Shown piece after piece: positions 19,584-29,832 of a DNA stretch of 64,000 bases. The notes below the pieces were generated by a model. That model searched no databases, was not told the DNA's origin, and was given only the letters and a program-made list of their open reading frames with translations. The translations under genes were made by a program, and so were the position numbers. The DNA is from Patescibacteria group bacterium. Its GTDB lineage: Bacteria > Patescibacteriota > Kazan-3B-28 > UBA10110. Numbering within the stretch: position 1 is the stretch's first letter; every line of letters starts with the position of its first letter. The stretch lies in assembly GCA_016936175.1 (NCBI GenBank), contig JAFGPN010000016.1, positions 1,648 to 65,647 of the forward strand, in the 5' to 3' direction.

Positions 19584-21590
19584 ATGGAACTTACCAATAC
19601 CGCGCTATTGATTGCTCTCGGCGCAGCCGTCCTGGCCCTGTTATACGCCATTAGCTTAGTTATCTGGCTATTAAAACTACCAACCGGTAATGCCAAGATG
19701 CAGGAGATTGCTCAGGCCATTCAACAGGGGGCTAGAGCCTATCTTACTCGTCAGTACACCACTATCGCGATAGTAGCGATACTGCTCGCCATAACGTTGT
19801 ATTTAGTTATTGGCCTTAATACAGCTTTGGGGTTTTTGGTTGGGGCGGTACTGTCTGGCCTAGCCGGGATAATTGGAATGAGTGTATCGGTACAAGCCAA
19901 CGTTAGGACTACCGAGGCGGCTAATCACGGAACAGCTCGGGCGCTTAATGTTGCGTTTAAGGGTGGCTCGATTACCGGCTTATTTGTGGTCGGCCTGGCC
20001 TTACTTGCAGTTACCGGTTTTTACTACATATTTAGAGATATCGCGGCCTTAGTCGGTTTAGGTTTTGGTGGTAGCTTAATATCTATCTTTGCCAGGTTGG
20101 GGGGTGGTATTTACACCAAGGCCGCTGACGTTGGCGCCGATCTGGTTGGCAAGGTCGAAGCTGGTATCCCCGAAGATGATCCCAGAAATCCAGCGGTAAT
20201 TGCCGACAACGTAGGTGACAATGTTGGTGACTGTGCCGGAATGGCCGCAGATCTGTTCGAAACGTATGCAGTTACTGCAGTAGCTACCATCGTACTGGGC
20301 AACTTAGTTCTAAACGGCGCTCCGGCCGCACTAACTTATCCGCTTCTGTTAGGAGCTGTTTCTGTAGTAGCCTCCATTGTTGGGATGCTGTTTGTCAGAT
20401 TGGGCAAGAGCAAAAATATTATGGGCGCTCTCTACATTGGTTTAGCAATCAGCGGCCTACTATCCGCAGTCGGTTTCTACTATGTCTCTATCACTACTCT
20501 CCAAGGGTTGGCCTTATCACCGATTAACCTGTTTTATACATCGCTGATTGGATTAGGGGTGACCGGATTGATAATCTTAATTACCGAATACTATACCTCT
20601 ACCCGCTACGCACCGGTTAAGGGCATAGCTGGCGCTTCCGAAACCGGTCATGGCACCAATGTCATTCAAGGTTTAGCCGTTGGGATGAAATCCACTGCTT
20701 TGCCAGTGATAGTTATTATTGCCGCTATTTGGGGAGCATATGCCTTAGCTGGTCTTTATGGTGTAGCTATCGCCGCTATGTCGATGTTGTCGATGACCGG
20801 TATTATTGTGGCTATCGACGCCTACGGACCGATTACTGATAACGCCGGTGGCATTGCCGAGATGGCAAATCTGCCTAAAGAAATTAGGGATGTAACAGAT
20901 CCGTTAGATGCAGTTGGTAACACCACTAAAGCGGTAACCAAGGGTTACGCAATCGGTTCGGCCGCCCTGGCTGCTATTGTTCTATTTGCGGCCTATGCCC
21001 AAGATCTTCAGCACTTAGCTGGGAAAGCTTACGACTTTATGTTGGGCGACCCTAAAGTTTTAATTGGCTTATTTATTGGTGGATTGCTCCCCTATCTGTT
21101 TGCGGCCATATCGATGGAAGCCGTTGGTAAGGCGGCTGGCAGTGTTGTTAAAGAGGTGCGGCGGCAGTTTAAGGCCATCCCTGGAATTATGGAGGGAACT
21201 GCCAAGCCAGATTATGCCCGAGCGGTGGATATTGTAACTAAGGCCGCCATCGTGGAGATGATTGTTCCGGCATTAATTCCTGTGGTATCTCCTATCGTGG
21301 TTGGCTGGTTGCTGGGCCCAGTAGCTTTGGGCGGGATGCTAGTTGGCAGTATTGTTACGGGCATCTTTGTGGCGATTTCGATGACCACTGGAGGTGCGGC
21401 GTGGGACAACGCCAAAAAATACATCGAAACTGGCCATCTGGGGGGTAAGGGCTCCGATGCGCACAAGGCGGCGGTAACTGGCGATACCGTTGGTGACCCA
21501 TACAAAGACACAGCTGGTCCGGCTATTAACCCGATGATTAAGGTTATTAATATCGTTGCTCTGCTTATCGTCAGCTTTTTGATCAAGTAA
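19584..21590 (+). CDS. hppA: Membrane H+-translocating pyrophosphatase, K+-independent type
   Basis: [37 protein letters not shown] (Lys) signature. Confidence 0.95.
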   Translation: MELTNTALLIALGAAVLALLYAISLVIWLLKLPTGNAKMQEIAQAIQQGARAYLTRQYTTIAIVAILLAITLYLVIGLNTALGFLVGAVLSGLAGIIGMSVSVQANVRTTEAANHGTARALNVAFKGGSITGLFVVGLALLAVTGFYYIFRDIAALVGLGFGGSLISIFARLGGGIYTKAADVGADLVGKVEAGIPEDDPRNPAVIADNVGDNVGDCAGMAADLFETYAVTAVATIVLGNLVLNGAPAALTYPLLLGAVSVVASIVGMLFVRLGKSKNIMGALYIGLAISGLLSAVGFYYVSITTLQGLALSPINLFYTSLIGLGVTGLIILITEYYTSTRYAPVKGIAGASETGHGTNVIQGLAVGMKSTALPVIVIIAAIWGAYALAGLYGVAIAAMSMLSMTGIIVAIDAYGPITDNAGGIAEMANLPKEIRDVTDPLDAVGNTTKAVTKGYAIGSAALAAIVLFAAYAQDLQHLAGKAYDFMLGDPKVLIGLFIGGLLPYLFAAISMEAVGKAAGSVVKEVRRQFKAIPGIMEGTAKPDYARAVDIVTKAAIVEMIVPALIPVVSPIVVGWLLGPVALGGMLVGSIVTGIFVAISMTTGGAAWDNAKKYIETGHLGGKGSDAHKAAVTGDTVGDPYKDTAGPAINPMIKVINIVALLIVSFLIK

Positions 21591-21593
21591 ATA

Positions 21594-21821
21594 GTGGAAA
21601 CTGCCAAATTGGTTGACCATCAAATTCGGGTTGAAGTAACCCAGGCTGAAGGGGCGATTGTAATTAAATTTCCCGAGGGGCCATGCATAATCTGGCCTGT
21701 TAAAGATAGCTCTGTTGCTACCGGTGTGATGTATCTTACCCTGTCGCCCCAACCCACCTTACCAGACAAAGCAGAACTGGCGCGGCAGGTTTTAAAAGAG
21801 ATTCTTCAGATTAACCAATGA
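21594..21821 (+). CDS. Small hypothetical protein
   Basis: 75-aa GTG ORF tightly coupled to its neighbours. Confidence 0.55.
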   Translation: METAKLVDHQIRVEVTQAEGAIVIKFPEGPCIIWPVKDSSVATGVMYLTLSPQPTLPDKAELARQVLKEILQINQ

Positions 21822-23662
21822 GCAAAGTTATTCAACGCCGTCCATTCTGGCTAATCTCACTTACTTTAGGGGTGTTACTTTTAATAGTTGCTAGTTGGTA
21901 TGTATCTTTTGATATAGTCTATGCTGGTCGGGTTATGCCGGGTGCCACTTTAAGTAACCGAAATATCGGCGGACTATCATGGGCAGAGGCGGACACAGTA
22001 GTTACCAACCTAATAACTACAGCCGAGCAAACAAAATTAAACTTAGTGTATCAATCTGATCGATATACTTATACTATTGATCAGCTGGGGGTAGAGCTGG
22101 ATCGGCCCGCCACCCTCGATCGAATATACGGTTTTGGTCGAACTACCAGTTTAACTACTAATCTGCGCGAACGGTTTGGTGGAATTGCTAAACTTGTCTC
22201 ACCAAGGGCGGTCTATAAATTTACGCCCGGTTTTAATACTGTCACCAATAATCTGGCAAAAAAATATAATCAGCCAGCAGTTGAGGCCAGAGTGGTGGTA
22301 GAAAAACAACACGCCGGTACCCTTCCTGCACAACCCGGTCTTGAGCTATCCGTCGAAACCTTAAAACAACTCCTGGGCGAACAGTTTGGTCAGCTTAAAT
22401 TTGAGGATATCGCCCTCCCGATCATTGATGGTTCGCCTACTATCTCAACCGAAGTAGCTACCGCCACCGCCAATCATATTAATCAGGGGCTAAACCAAGA
22501 ATTGATTCTCACTGCCCGAGGGCAAGACTCTTTTGCCCTCTCCCCAGAACAGATGTGGCAGTGGTTAGAGGTGTTTCCAAAAGAGTCGGTTTTAGTGGCT
22601 CGGCTGAAATCGTCCGAGCTAGAGAAATTTGTTAAAAGCTTGGAGTCCAAAGTAAATCAGCCGATGCAGAATGCGATATTTAAAACGAGCGGCAAAAAAC
22701 TAATCGCCTTCCAGCCCGATCGGCCTGGTCGAGTATTGCGCACAGCCGATGCAGTAATGATGATCCAACAAAACTTCTTAGGCGATCAGCGCGAAATTGA
22801 ATTAGCGGTTAACTACCTTGAGCCCAAAACCAAACTGACCGACCTTAACGATTTAGGGATTAACGAGCTGGTGGCTTCTGGTGTATCTAATTTTGCTGGT
22901 AGCCCGGCCAATCGCCGCCACAATATTAAAACCGGCGCATCGAAATTTAATAATGTAATAGTCACCCCAACCGAAATGTTTTCTTTTAATAAAATTTTAG
23001 GCACTGTTGACCAAACTACTGGTTATCTGCCGGAGTTGGTGATTAAGGGCGACGAAACTATCCCCGAATTTGGTGGGGGTCTCTGCCAGGTATCGACTAC
23101 TGCTTTTAGGGCCATTTTAAATGGCGGCTATCCAGTAATGGAGCGCCATAATCATTCGTATCGGGTGGTTTACTATGAGCCAGCTGGTACCGATGCGACC
23201 ATCTATCCCCCATCACCAGATCTAAAATTTATTAACGATAGCCCGGGTTACATTGTGATACAAACCTACATCGAAGGTAATAATCTCTACTTTGATTTTT
23301 ATGGGACCAGGATGGATCGCAGAGTGGTGTTGGAAGGCCCTAAGATTTTTAATATCACCCAGCCGCCCGAACCGGTGTATATTGAAACGTCAACTATTCC
23401 TGAGGGAGAAACCAAACAGATCGATACTGCTCACCGAGGAGCCGATACCATCCTCTATCGCTTGATCTATGATGCCGATGGCAAAGAGATTCGCAAGGAA
23501 GAATTTAAAAGTCATTATGTCCCCTGGCCAGCCAAGTTCTTGGTGGGGGTAAAGGCGGCTCCGCCAGTATCAACCGATCTTAAAAACGTGCCACCAGAAT
23601 CAAGCGGTTCAGAGCAAGCCCCAATAGATATCACTCCCCCTCTCGAGCCAGAGACCTCTTAG
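21818..23662 (+). CDS. VanW family protein with PG-binding_4-like repeats and N-terminal TM
   Basis: FSFN..LG, GGGLCQVSTT.F, ERHNHS, G.DATI, DLKF.N. Confidence 0.9.
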   Translation: MSKVIQRRPFWLISLTLGVLLLIVASWYVSFDIVYAGRVMPGATLSNRNIGGLSWAEADTVVTNLITTAEQTKLNLVYQSDRYTYTIDQLGVELDRPATLDRIYGFGRTTSLTTNLRERFGGIAKLVSPRAVYKFTPGFNTVTNNLAKKYNQPAVEARVVVEKQHAGTLPAQPGLELSVETLKQLLGEQFGQLKFEDIALPIIDGSPTISTEVATATANHINQGLNQELILTARGQDSFALSPEQMWQWLEVFPKESVLVARLKSSELEKFVKSLESKVNQPMQNAIFKTSGKKLIAFQPDRPGRVLRTADAVMMIQQNFLGDQREIELAVNYLEPKTKLTDLNDLGINELVASGVSNFAGSPANRRHNIKTGASKFNNVIVTPTEMFSFNKILGTVDQTTGYLPELVIKGDETIPEFGGGLCQVSTTAFRAILNGGYPVMERHNHSYRVVYYEPAGTDATIYPPSPDLKFINDSPGYIVIQTYIEGNNLYFDFYGTRMDRRVVLEGPKIFNITQPPEPVYIETSTIPEGETKQIDTAHRGADTILYRLIYDADGKEIRKEEFKSHYVPWPAKFLVGVKAAPPVSTDLKNVPPESSGSEQAPIDITPPLEPETS

Positions 23663-23701
23663 GGTTGGTGGGTACCAGTTAACCCGTAACCGGTTAGCAC
23701 T

Positions 23702-24643
23702 ATGATTTATTTTTTATACGGTGAAGACGATTTTCGGATCAAGCGACGCTTAATAGAGTTACGTACGGGGCTATTTAAGACAGACGCTAATTTAGATTTT
23801 CAGATCAAAGAGGCCGCCAATCTAACCGCGGCCGATCTAAACAGTTTAGTAATGACTCAATCTTTATTGTCGGCCAGCAAGTTGATTGTGGTTAGTCAGC
23901 CAATCAAGGATAGCTCGGAAGATCTTCGGAAAGGGTTAACGGAGCTATTGGCCCGCCCTGTCCCGGATGGCGTGGTGTTGGTGTTTATCGAAACCCAGCC
24001 CGACCAACGAACTAAGCTGTTTAAACTGCTCAATAAATTTGTTGCCGAATCGTATCCCCTACTTAGAGTGCCGGAAGCAAAGCGGTGGCTACAAGAGCAG
24101 GCGCAGAAGAGGGGCGTTAAAATTGATATTACTGCGGTGAGTATGTTGGCCGAAGATTTTAGCGATGATCTCTGGCGAATGAGCAGTGAGCTAGATAAGC
24201 TGGCCACTTTTACAGGCAACAAATTAATTACCAGTGATAGTATCGAACAGCTGACCCCTCGGCCTTTAACTGATAATATCTTTTTAACAATTGAGGCATT
24301 AGCAAAAAAGAACTTTGCTTTGGCCAATAAATTAATTAACCGTCAGCTACTTTTAGGAATGGCAGAGCAACAACTAATTGCTATGATCGCCTACCAGTTT
24401 CGCAATATTGTTTTGATTCGCGCCTGGCTTGATCAGGGGGTCAAGCCGTCGGAGTTGCCAACAAAAACCCAGTTACATCCCTACGTGGTTCAAAAAACCA
24501 CCGAGTTATCCAGGCAGTTTTCTATATCGGACCTGTCTAAGATCTTCTATCTATTACAACGAGTGGATGCGGCAATTAAAAAAGGAATCACCCCACCACG
24601 AGTGGGGCTGGACATTCTGACGGCTCAGTTGGTTAACGCCTAG
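23702..24643 (+). CDS. holA: DNA polymerase III delta subunit
   Basis: IYFLYGED, SELDKL, HPYVV.K, D..IK.G. Confidence 0.9.
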   Translation: MIYFLYGEDDFRIKRRLIELRTGLFKTDANLDFQIKEAANLTAADLNSLVMTQSLLSASKLIVVSQPIKDSSEDLRKGLTELLARPVPDGVVLVFIETQPDQRTKLFKLLNKFVAESYPLLRVPEAKRWLQEQAQKRGVKIDITAVSMLAEDFSDDLWRMSSELDKLATFTGNKLITSDSIEQLTPRPLTDNIFLTIEALAKKNFALANKLINRQLLLGMAEQQLIAMIAYQFRNIVLIRAWLDQGVKPSELPTKTQLHPYVVQKTTELSRQFSISDLSKIFYLLQRVDAAIKKGITPPRVGLDILTAQLVNA

Positions 24644-24881
24644 CGTTCTTACGAGCTGCCTTAACCAACCGCGACTTTAGTCGGGCGGCCTTGTTTTTGT
24701 GAACCAAGTTGGTTTTGGCCGCCTTATCCAAGGCTTTCTGGGCAGTCAACAATGTGGCATCGGTTGGTTTCTGGTGGGCAGTTTTAATCGCCTTTTTAAG
24801 CCCCGCCTTAATCTTTAAATTGGCCGACCTTCTGCGGACGTCCCGTCGCATCTTCTTGATCGCTGATTTGATGATTGGCAT
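24633..24881 (-). CDS. rpsT: 30S ribosomal protein S20
   Basis: MPIIKSAIKK, LDKAAK..VHKNKAAR.KSRL. Confidence 0.96.
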   Translation of the reverse strand: MPIIKSAIKKMRRDVRRRSANLKIKAGLKKAIKTAHQKPTDATLLTAQKALDKAAKTNLVHKNKAARLKSRLVKAARKNARR

Positions 24882-24901
24882 AGGATAAAATTTACCCTGC
24901 C

Positions 24902-24930
24902 ATTCTATGGCAGATCCATTTTCTTGTAAA
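24902..24930 (-). promoter_or_regulatory. Sigma70-type promoter for rpsT
   Basis: TTTACA-N17-TAGAAT on the minus strand. Confidence 0.55.
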
Positions 24931-25060
24931 CCCCGGTGGGAATTCGAGCAGGTGGCTGGGCCTAGTTTGCCGACCTTCGTGCTGAGGATTGGGTCCGTAA
25001 TTTCTAGTGGGCAAAATCACGCCTACCCAGCCTGGCTAAGGGGTGGGCCGATTCCCGGGG
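24931..25060. other. 130-bp rod-like imperfect hairpin (candidate ncRNA or inserted element)
   Basis: Nested pairings CCCCGG..GGAAT/ATTCCCGGGG, GGCTGGG/CCCAGCC, TTTGCC/GGCAAA. Confidence 0.45.
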
Positions 25061-25111
25061 TTGACATGGGGTAATTGATAGCGTATCGTTTACTATTCAA
25101 AGCAATAACAT

Positions 25112-26326
25112 ATGGAACTTACTCCCAAGCAACAAGCCCTCGAGTTAATTAGCAAATCCAAGCACATTCTAATCGCACCGGGTCGGGCCGATGGCGATTC
25201 GATTGGCAGTGGATTAGCACTGCATTTAGTGCTGTCTCGATTAGGCAAACAGAGCAGTTTAGTAGTGCTCGATCCTCTACCAGATAAGTTCAACTTTTTG
25301 CCTCAACTAGAGGAGGTGCAACAACAGTTCAACGGTTTGCGCGATTTTGTAATTAGCTTAAATTGTACGTCGGCCTCTGCCGATAAATTGGCCTACAACT
25401 TTCAAGATGACAAATTAAACATAGTTATCACGCCCAAGCTCGGCGCCTTTAAATCCACAGACGTCAGTTTTGCCGAGGGTAATTTCCAGTATGATTGTTT
25501 AATTACTTTGGATGCGGCGGACTTAGAACAGGTAGGGCCGTTGTATACCAATAATCCCAAGCTGTTTCAAAATGTGCCGATTATTAACATCGATCACCAC
25601 GCCAGTAACGATTACTACGGCGCGGTCAACTTGGTTGATCTGACCGCTACGTCTACCGCCGAAATTTTGGTTGGCCTAATCGAGGCTCTGGGCCCCTCTC
25701 TAATTGATGCTAATGTAGCCACCGCTTTGCTGACTGGTATCATTAACGATACCGGTAGCTTCCAGCACAGTAATACCACCCCTAAGTCCCTCACCATCGC
25801 CGCCCAAATGGTCGGTTTTGGAGCGCGCCACCAAGAGATTATTCAGCATCTGTTCAAGACTAAAGCCTTCTCTACGCTCAAGCTGTGGGGGCGGATCTTA
25901 ACCAACGTCCGACATGAGCCAGAGAGCCGATTGGTCTGGAGCTCAACCTCCCTGTCCGACCTCAGTGAGACCGAGGCGACCGGTGACCAGATCAGCGGGA
26001 TAATCGACGAACTGATGACGAGTGTCCCAGAAGCTGATATAGTAGTTCTGTTGTCCGAGCGTGATTCCAAGGTGATTTCGGGTAGTATTCGGACCAAACG
26101 AGGCATTGACGCAGCTGATATAGCCAAAATGTTTGGCGGTGGCGGTCACCACGGAGCCGCCGGCTTTAAGCTGTTAGATAGTGGTATCCCAGAGGCAGAG
26201 ACGACCGTGGTAACCAAAATTAGAGAGTATCAAGCCAAACGATCATCCGGGGTAGCTCAGCTATCGGCCGAACCCGAAAATAACAGCCCGGAAGCTCCGA
26301 TTTCCAGCCTTGCCAAAAGCGAATAA
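25112..26326 (+). CDS. DHH/DHHA1 phosphoesterase (NrnA-like) with internal insert
   Basis: DGDS.GS, IDHH, DTGSF, SIR, GGGGH..AAG. Confidence 0.9.
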   Translation: MELTPKQQALELISKSKHILIAPGRADGDSIGSGLALHLVLSRLGKQSSLVVLDPLPDKFNFLPQLEEVQQQFNGLRDFVISLNCTSASADKLAYNFQDDKLNIVITPKLGAFKSTDVSFAEGNFQYDCLITLDAADLEQVGPLYTNNPKLFQNVPIINIDHHASNDYYGAVNLVDLTATSTAEILVGLIEALGPSLIDANVATALLTGIINDTGSFQHSNTTPKSLTIAAQMVGFGARHQEIIQHLFKTKAFSTLKLWGRILTNVRHEPESRLVWSSTSLSDLSETEATGDQISGIIDELMTSVPEADIVVLLSERDSKVISGSIRTKRGIDAADIAKMFGGGGHHGAAGFKLLDSGIPEAETTVVTKIREYQAKRSSGVAQLSAEPENNSPEAPISSLAKSE

Positions 26327-26349
26327 AAGTGATATAATAAGGTAAAGAG

Positions 26350-26619
26350 ATGACACTGGCGATTACAAAAAAGAAGAAGATTATCGGCACCTATCAGGCG
26401 CATGCTAAAGATACTGGTTCGGCCGAAGTCCAGGTGGCTTTGCTGACCGAGAAGGTCAAGGAGCTGACCCGTCACCTTAAGGTTCACCAAAAAGATTTTC
26501 ATTCTCGCCATGGTCTGTTTAAGATAGTGGGCAATCGGAGAAGGTTGCTTAACTATATTAAGACCAAGCACCCTAAAAAATATTCAGCTTTAATTGATAA
26601 GTTAAAAATCCGAAAGTAA
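26350..26619 (+). CDS. rpsO: 30S ribosomal protein S15
   Basis: DTGSAEVQVALLT, HL..H.KD.HS..GL, RRRLLNY. Confidence 0.97.
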   Translation: MTLAITKKKKIIGTYQAHAKDTGSAEVQVALLTEKVKELTRHLKVHQKDFHSRHGLFKIVGNRRRLLNYIKTKHPKKYSALIDKLKIRK

Positions 26620-26725
26620 GAGAAGGTTAAAAGTGCAAGAGTCAGCATAGAGCCTAGAGCTCAGCGAATCTTCAGTAAGCAGGTTCGTTTAGTCCTACGC
26701 TTTATGTGCTATCTTACGCTTCTCC
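26620..26725 (+). promoter_or_regulatory. Long hairpin in the rpsO-pnp leader (candidate RNase III site)
   Basis: GAGAAG/CTTCTC, AGCATAGAGC/GCTTTATGTGCT and AGCGAATCT/AGGTTCGTT pairings. Confidence 0.5.
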
Positions 26726-26758
26726 CCTGCTCTGCTGTTACGGATAGAAAGGAATGTT

Positions 26759-28864
26759 ATGGAAAAATTTGAGACGATGCTTGGAGATTCCAAGCTAATG
26801 ATAGAAACCGGCAAACTTGCTCGGTTGGCTGCTGGTTCGGTTACTGTTCGCTTGGGCGATACGGTGGTTTTGGCTACCGCTACGATCGCTGATAAGCCAC
26901 GAGAAGGGATTGATTTCTTTCCGCTATTGATAGATTTTGAGGAGAAGATGTACGCCTCGGGCAAGATTTCTGGCAGTCGGTTTATAAAACGCGAAGGTCG
27001 GGCCTCAGAGAACGCCATCTTAACCTCGCGGTTAACCGATCGTCCCCTGCGTCCACTCTTCCCCAAAGGGTTTTACAACGATGTGCAGGTAGTCATTACC
27101 GTACTATCGGCGGATTTAGTGCATGACCCCGATGTGCTTTCGATTATTGCCGCCTCAGCCGCATTAATGCTTTCGGGCGCCCCATTCGACGGCCCGGTAG
27201 GAGCCGTGCGGGTAGGGTTAATTGATGGTGAATTAGTAGTTAACCCATCTTATGAGCAGTTAGCAAATAACAGCCAGCTTGATTTAGTGGTAGCTGGTAC
27301 CAAAGAGCGGGTGATGATGATCGAGGCCGGCGCCAAAGAGATAGATGAGGCCACAATGCTTAGGGCAATCAAATTTGCGCACGAAGCCATGCAACCCAGC
27401 ATCGAGTTGCAACATCAACTAATTAATGGCACAACCACTACCGAAAAAAGAAACTATCCTCTGCGTCAACCTAACGAAACGTTGCTCTCCAAAATGGTTA
27501 AATTTGTGGGCGATAAGGCCAGTAAAGCTATCTATCACCCAGAAAAAACAGAGCGCAATGCCAAGCTTGAAGAGCTAAAGTCTCAGGTCTGGGAGACCTT
27601 TGCCAACGAGGAAACGCCCGAAACGGAGGTAGCCGAGATATTTGCTAAGATTATTACCCAAGAGTTTCGGGCCAATCTGCTTAAAAATGATAAACGGCCA
27701 GACGGTCGCAAGTTAGAGGAGATTCGACCGATTACTTGCGAAGTGGGGCTGCTCCCCCGTCCGCACGGCTCGGCTTTGTTTACTCGTGGTGAAACCCAAG
27801 CCCTGACTACTGTCACTTTGGGTTCGGCTGGCGATGAACAGATGATCGATACGATGGATAGTGATACCACTAAGCGCTACATGCATCACTACAACTTCCC
27901 GCCGTATGCCGTTGGTGAGATTAAACCAATGCGTGGGCCTGGTCGACGTGATATCGGCCACGGTGCGCTGGCGGAACGAGCGTTAATCTCAATGATTCCG
28001 CCTAAAGATAGTTTTCCTTATACCATCCGGGTAGTGTCCGAGATTCTCTCTAGCAATGGTAGTAGCTCTATGGCTTCGGTCTGTGGTAGCACATTGTCTC
28101 TAATGGATGCTGGTGTCCCGATCAAAAAACCGGTGGCTGGTATAGCCATGGGTGTAGTAACAGATGAAGCTGGCAAATTTAAGATTCTAACCGATATCGC
28201 TGGTGTCGAAGATTTTAACGGTGATATGGATTTTAAAGTTGCGGGCACCAAAGACGGTATCACCGCTATGCAATTAGACATGAAGGTCCAGGGGTTGGGC
28301 TTTGAAGTTTTTGAGCAGGCCTTTGCCCAGGCCCACACAGGTCGCCTGCACATCTTAGAAACTATGCGGCAGTGTTTAGCCGAACCCAGGCCAGATCTCT
28401 CGATGTATGCTCCCAGAGTAACGGTGGTTAAGATTCATCCCGATCAGATTCGCGAAGTTATTGGTCCGGGAGGTAAAGTCATTAACGAGATAATTGCTAG
28501 GGCTGGCGGTAAGGGGGTTACCGAGATTAACATCGATGACGATGGTACGGTCTACGTCTCTTCCACTAACGCCAAGTATGCGGCTCAAGCTGTTGACGAA
28601 GTAAAAAATATTACCCGCGAGGTGCAGGTGGGAGAAAAATTTGTGGGTAAGGTTACCCGAATCATGGATTTTGGCGCTTTTGTCGAGCTCTTTCCAGGCA
28701 CTGAAGGCTTGGTTCACATCTCGCAACTCGCCAATCACCGGGTAGACAAAGTAACTGATATAGTAAAAGTAGGTGATACGTTGCCAGTAGTGGTGGTGGA
28801 GATCGACTCTGTTGGAAGGCTTAACCTGTCTCATAAAGCCACTCTGCCCAAAGATGCCAAATAA
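26759..28864 (+). CDS. pnp: Polyribonucleotide nucleotidyltransferase
   Basis: DRPLRPLF, HGSALFTRGETQ, SNGSSSMAS, GDMDFKVAGT, KH and S1 domains. Confidence 0.98.
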   Translation: MEKFETMLGDSKLMIETGKLARLAAGSVTVRLGDTVVLATATIADKPREGIDFFPLLIDFEEKMYASGKISGSRFIKREGRASENAILTSRLTDRPLRPLFPKGFYNDVQVVITVLSADLVHDPDVLSIIAASAALMLSGAPFDGPVGAVRVGLIDGELVVNPSYEQLANNSQLDLVVAGTKERVMMIEAGAKEIDEATMLRAIKFAHEAMQPSIELQHQLINGTTTTEKRNYPLRQPNETLLSKMVKFVGDKASKAIYHPEKTERNAKLEELKSQVWETFANEETPETEVAEIFAKIITQEFRANLLKNDKRPDGRKLEEIRPITCEVGLLPRPHGSALFTRGETQALTTVTLGSAGDEQMIDTMDSDTTKRYMHHYNFPPYAVGEIKPMRGPGRRDIGHGALAERALISMIPPKDSFPYTIRVVSEILSSNGSSSMASVCGSTLSLMDAGVPIKKPVAGIAMGVVTDEAGKFKILTDIAGVEDFNGDMDFKVAGTKDGITAMQLDMKVQGLGFEVFEQAFAQAHTGRLHILETMRQCLAEPRPDLSMYAPRVTVVKIHPDQIREVIGPGGKVINEIIARAGGKGVTEINIDDDGTVYVSSTNAKYAAQAVDEVKNITREVQVGEKFVGKVTRIMDFGAFVELFPGTEGLVHISQLANHRVDKVTDIVKVGDTLPVVVVEIDSVGRLNLSHKATLPKDAK

Positions 28865-28887
28865 ACCGATAAGTACCCTCTATTACA

Positions 28888-29220
28888 ATGAAGTGTGCCG
28901 AATGTGGTCACCGGAATTGCGTGGAAGATAATTTTTGTATGATCTGCGCTAGCCCGCTGACTCCGACCCCGCCCTCAAAAAATCGGGTGGCTCTCCCCCC
29001 GCAGAATATTTTAGACGGCCTCGAAGACCGGGCGGTATTACGAGTAGCCAAACCGAATCCAGCTTATCCCCTATGGGCCTGGTGGACCACCGCCTTAGTA
29101 GCGGTAGCAATTGTGGTGGCCGTCTATCTGCTTTATTTCGTGGATACTTACCAGGTTGAGGCGATTAACTATGCTATCCCTACATATGACCAAACAGGAA
29201 GCAATAGCTCAGATCTCTAA
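28888..29220 (+). CDS. Zinc-ribbon membrane protein
   Basis: MKC..CG.......FC..C and one TM helix. Confidence 0.6.
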   Translation: MKCAECGHRNCVEDNFCMICASPLTPTPPSKNRVALPPQNILDGLEDRAVLRVAKPNPAYPLWAWWTTALVAVAIVVAVYLLYFVDTYQVEAINYAIPTYDQTGSNSSDL

Positions 29221-29809
29221 AGATATCAGAGAGCACACTTGTTCTCTGCGCGCGGGATGTATTCAGGCCGTACCGGGTGACGGTAGCCCAGATAGTGAAA
29301 TTGTTTTTATTGGCGAGGGCCCCGGCAAGGTAGAAGATGAGCAAGGTCGTCCGTTTGTTGGTCCGGCCGGTAAGGTGTTAGACAAACTGCTTTTAAGCAT
29401 TGGGATGCAACGCTCGGATGTCTACATCACTAACGTAGTTAAATGTCGCCCACCCGAGAACCGCGACCCCAGCCCTTCCGAAGTAGCCGAACATGCCGAG
29501 TTTTTAGCGCATGAACTTGAACTAATTAAACCCAAGCTCATTGTGTTACTTGGCCGTCATGCCCTCCATTGGTTTTTGCCCAACGAGCAGATTGGTAAGG
29601 TACGAGGCAGAGCCAAGCGGCAGGGCGATAAAATCTTTTTCCCGGTTTATCATCCAGCGGCGGTGCTACACAACCCGCCATTAATGAAAGATCTTCAAGA
29701 AGATTTTAACAAAATTCCCGTGCTACTTAAGAAGATCGATGAGTTACCACCAGTAGCGGCCAACGTCGAATCCGACGTAGCCCAATCAACTTTATTCGAA
29801 ATCAAATAG
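29186..29809 (+). CDS. Uracil-DNA glycosylase family 4 (ATG 29186 preferred over track start 29111)
   Basis: GEGPG..ED..GRPFVG, TNVVKCRPP.NR.P, YHPAA. Confidence 0.93.
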   Translation: MTKQEAIAQISKDIREHTCSLRAGCIQAVPGDGSPDSEIVFIGEGPGKVEDEQGRPFVGPAGKVLDKLLLSIGMQRSDVYITNVVKCRPPENRDPSPSEVAEHAEFLAHELELIKPKLIVLLGRHALHWFLPNEQIGKVRGRAKRQGDKIFFPVYHPAAVLHNPPLMKDLQEDFNKIPVLLKKIDELPPVAANVESDVAQSTLFEIK

Positions 29810-29832
29810 TTTTAATTAGGTAAACAAAAAAT

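Noticed and set aside
24931..25060. SRP RNA call
   Set aside because: The conserved domain IV motif was not found on either strand; kept only as an unassigned structure.
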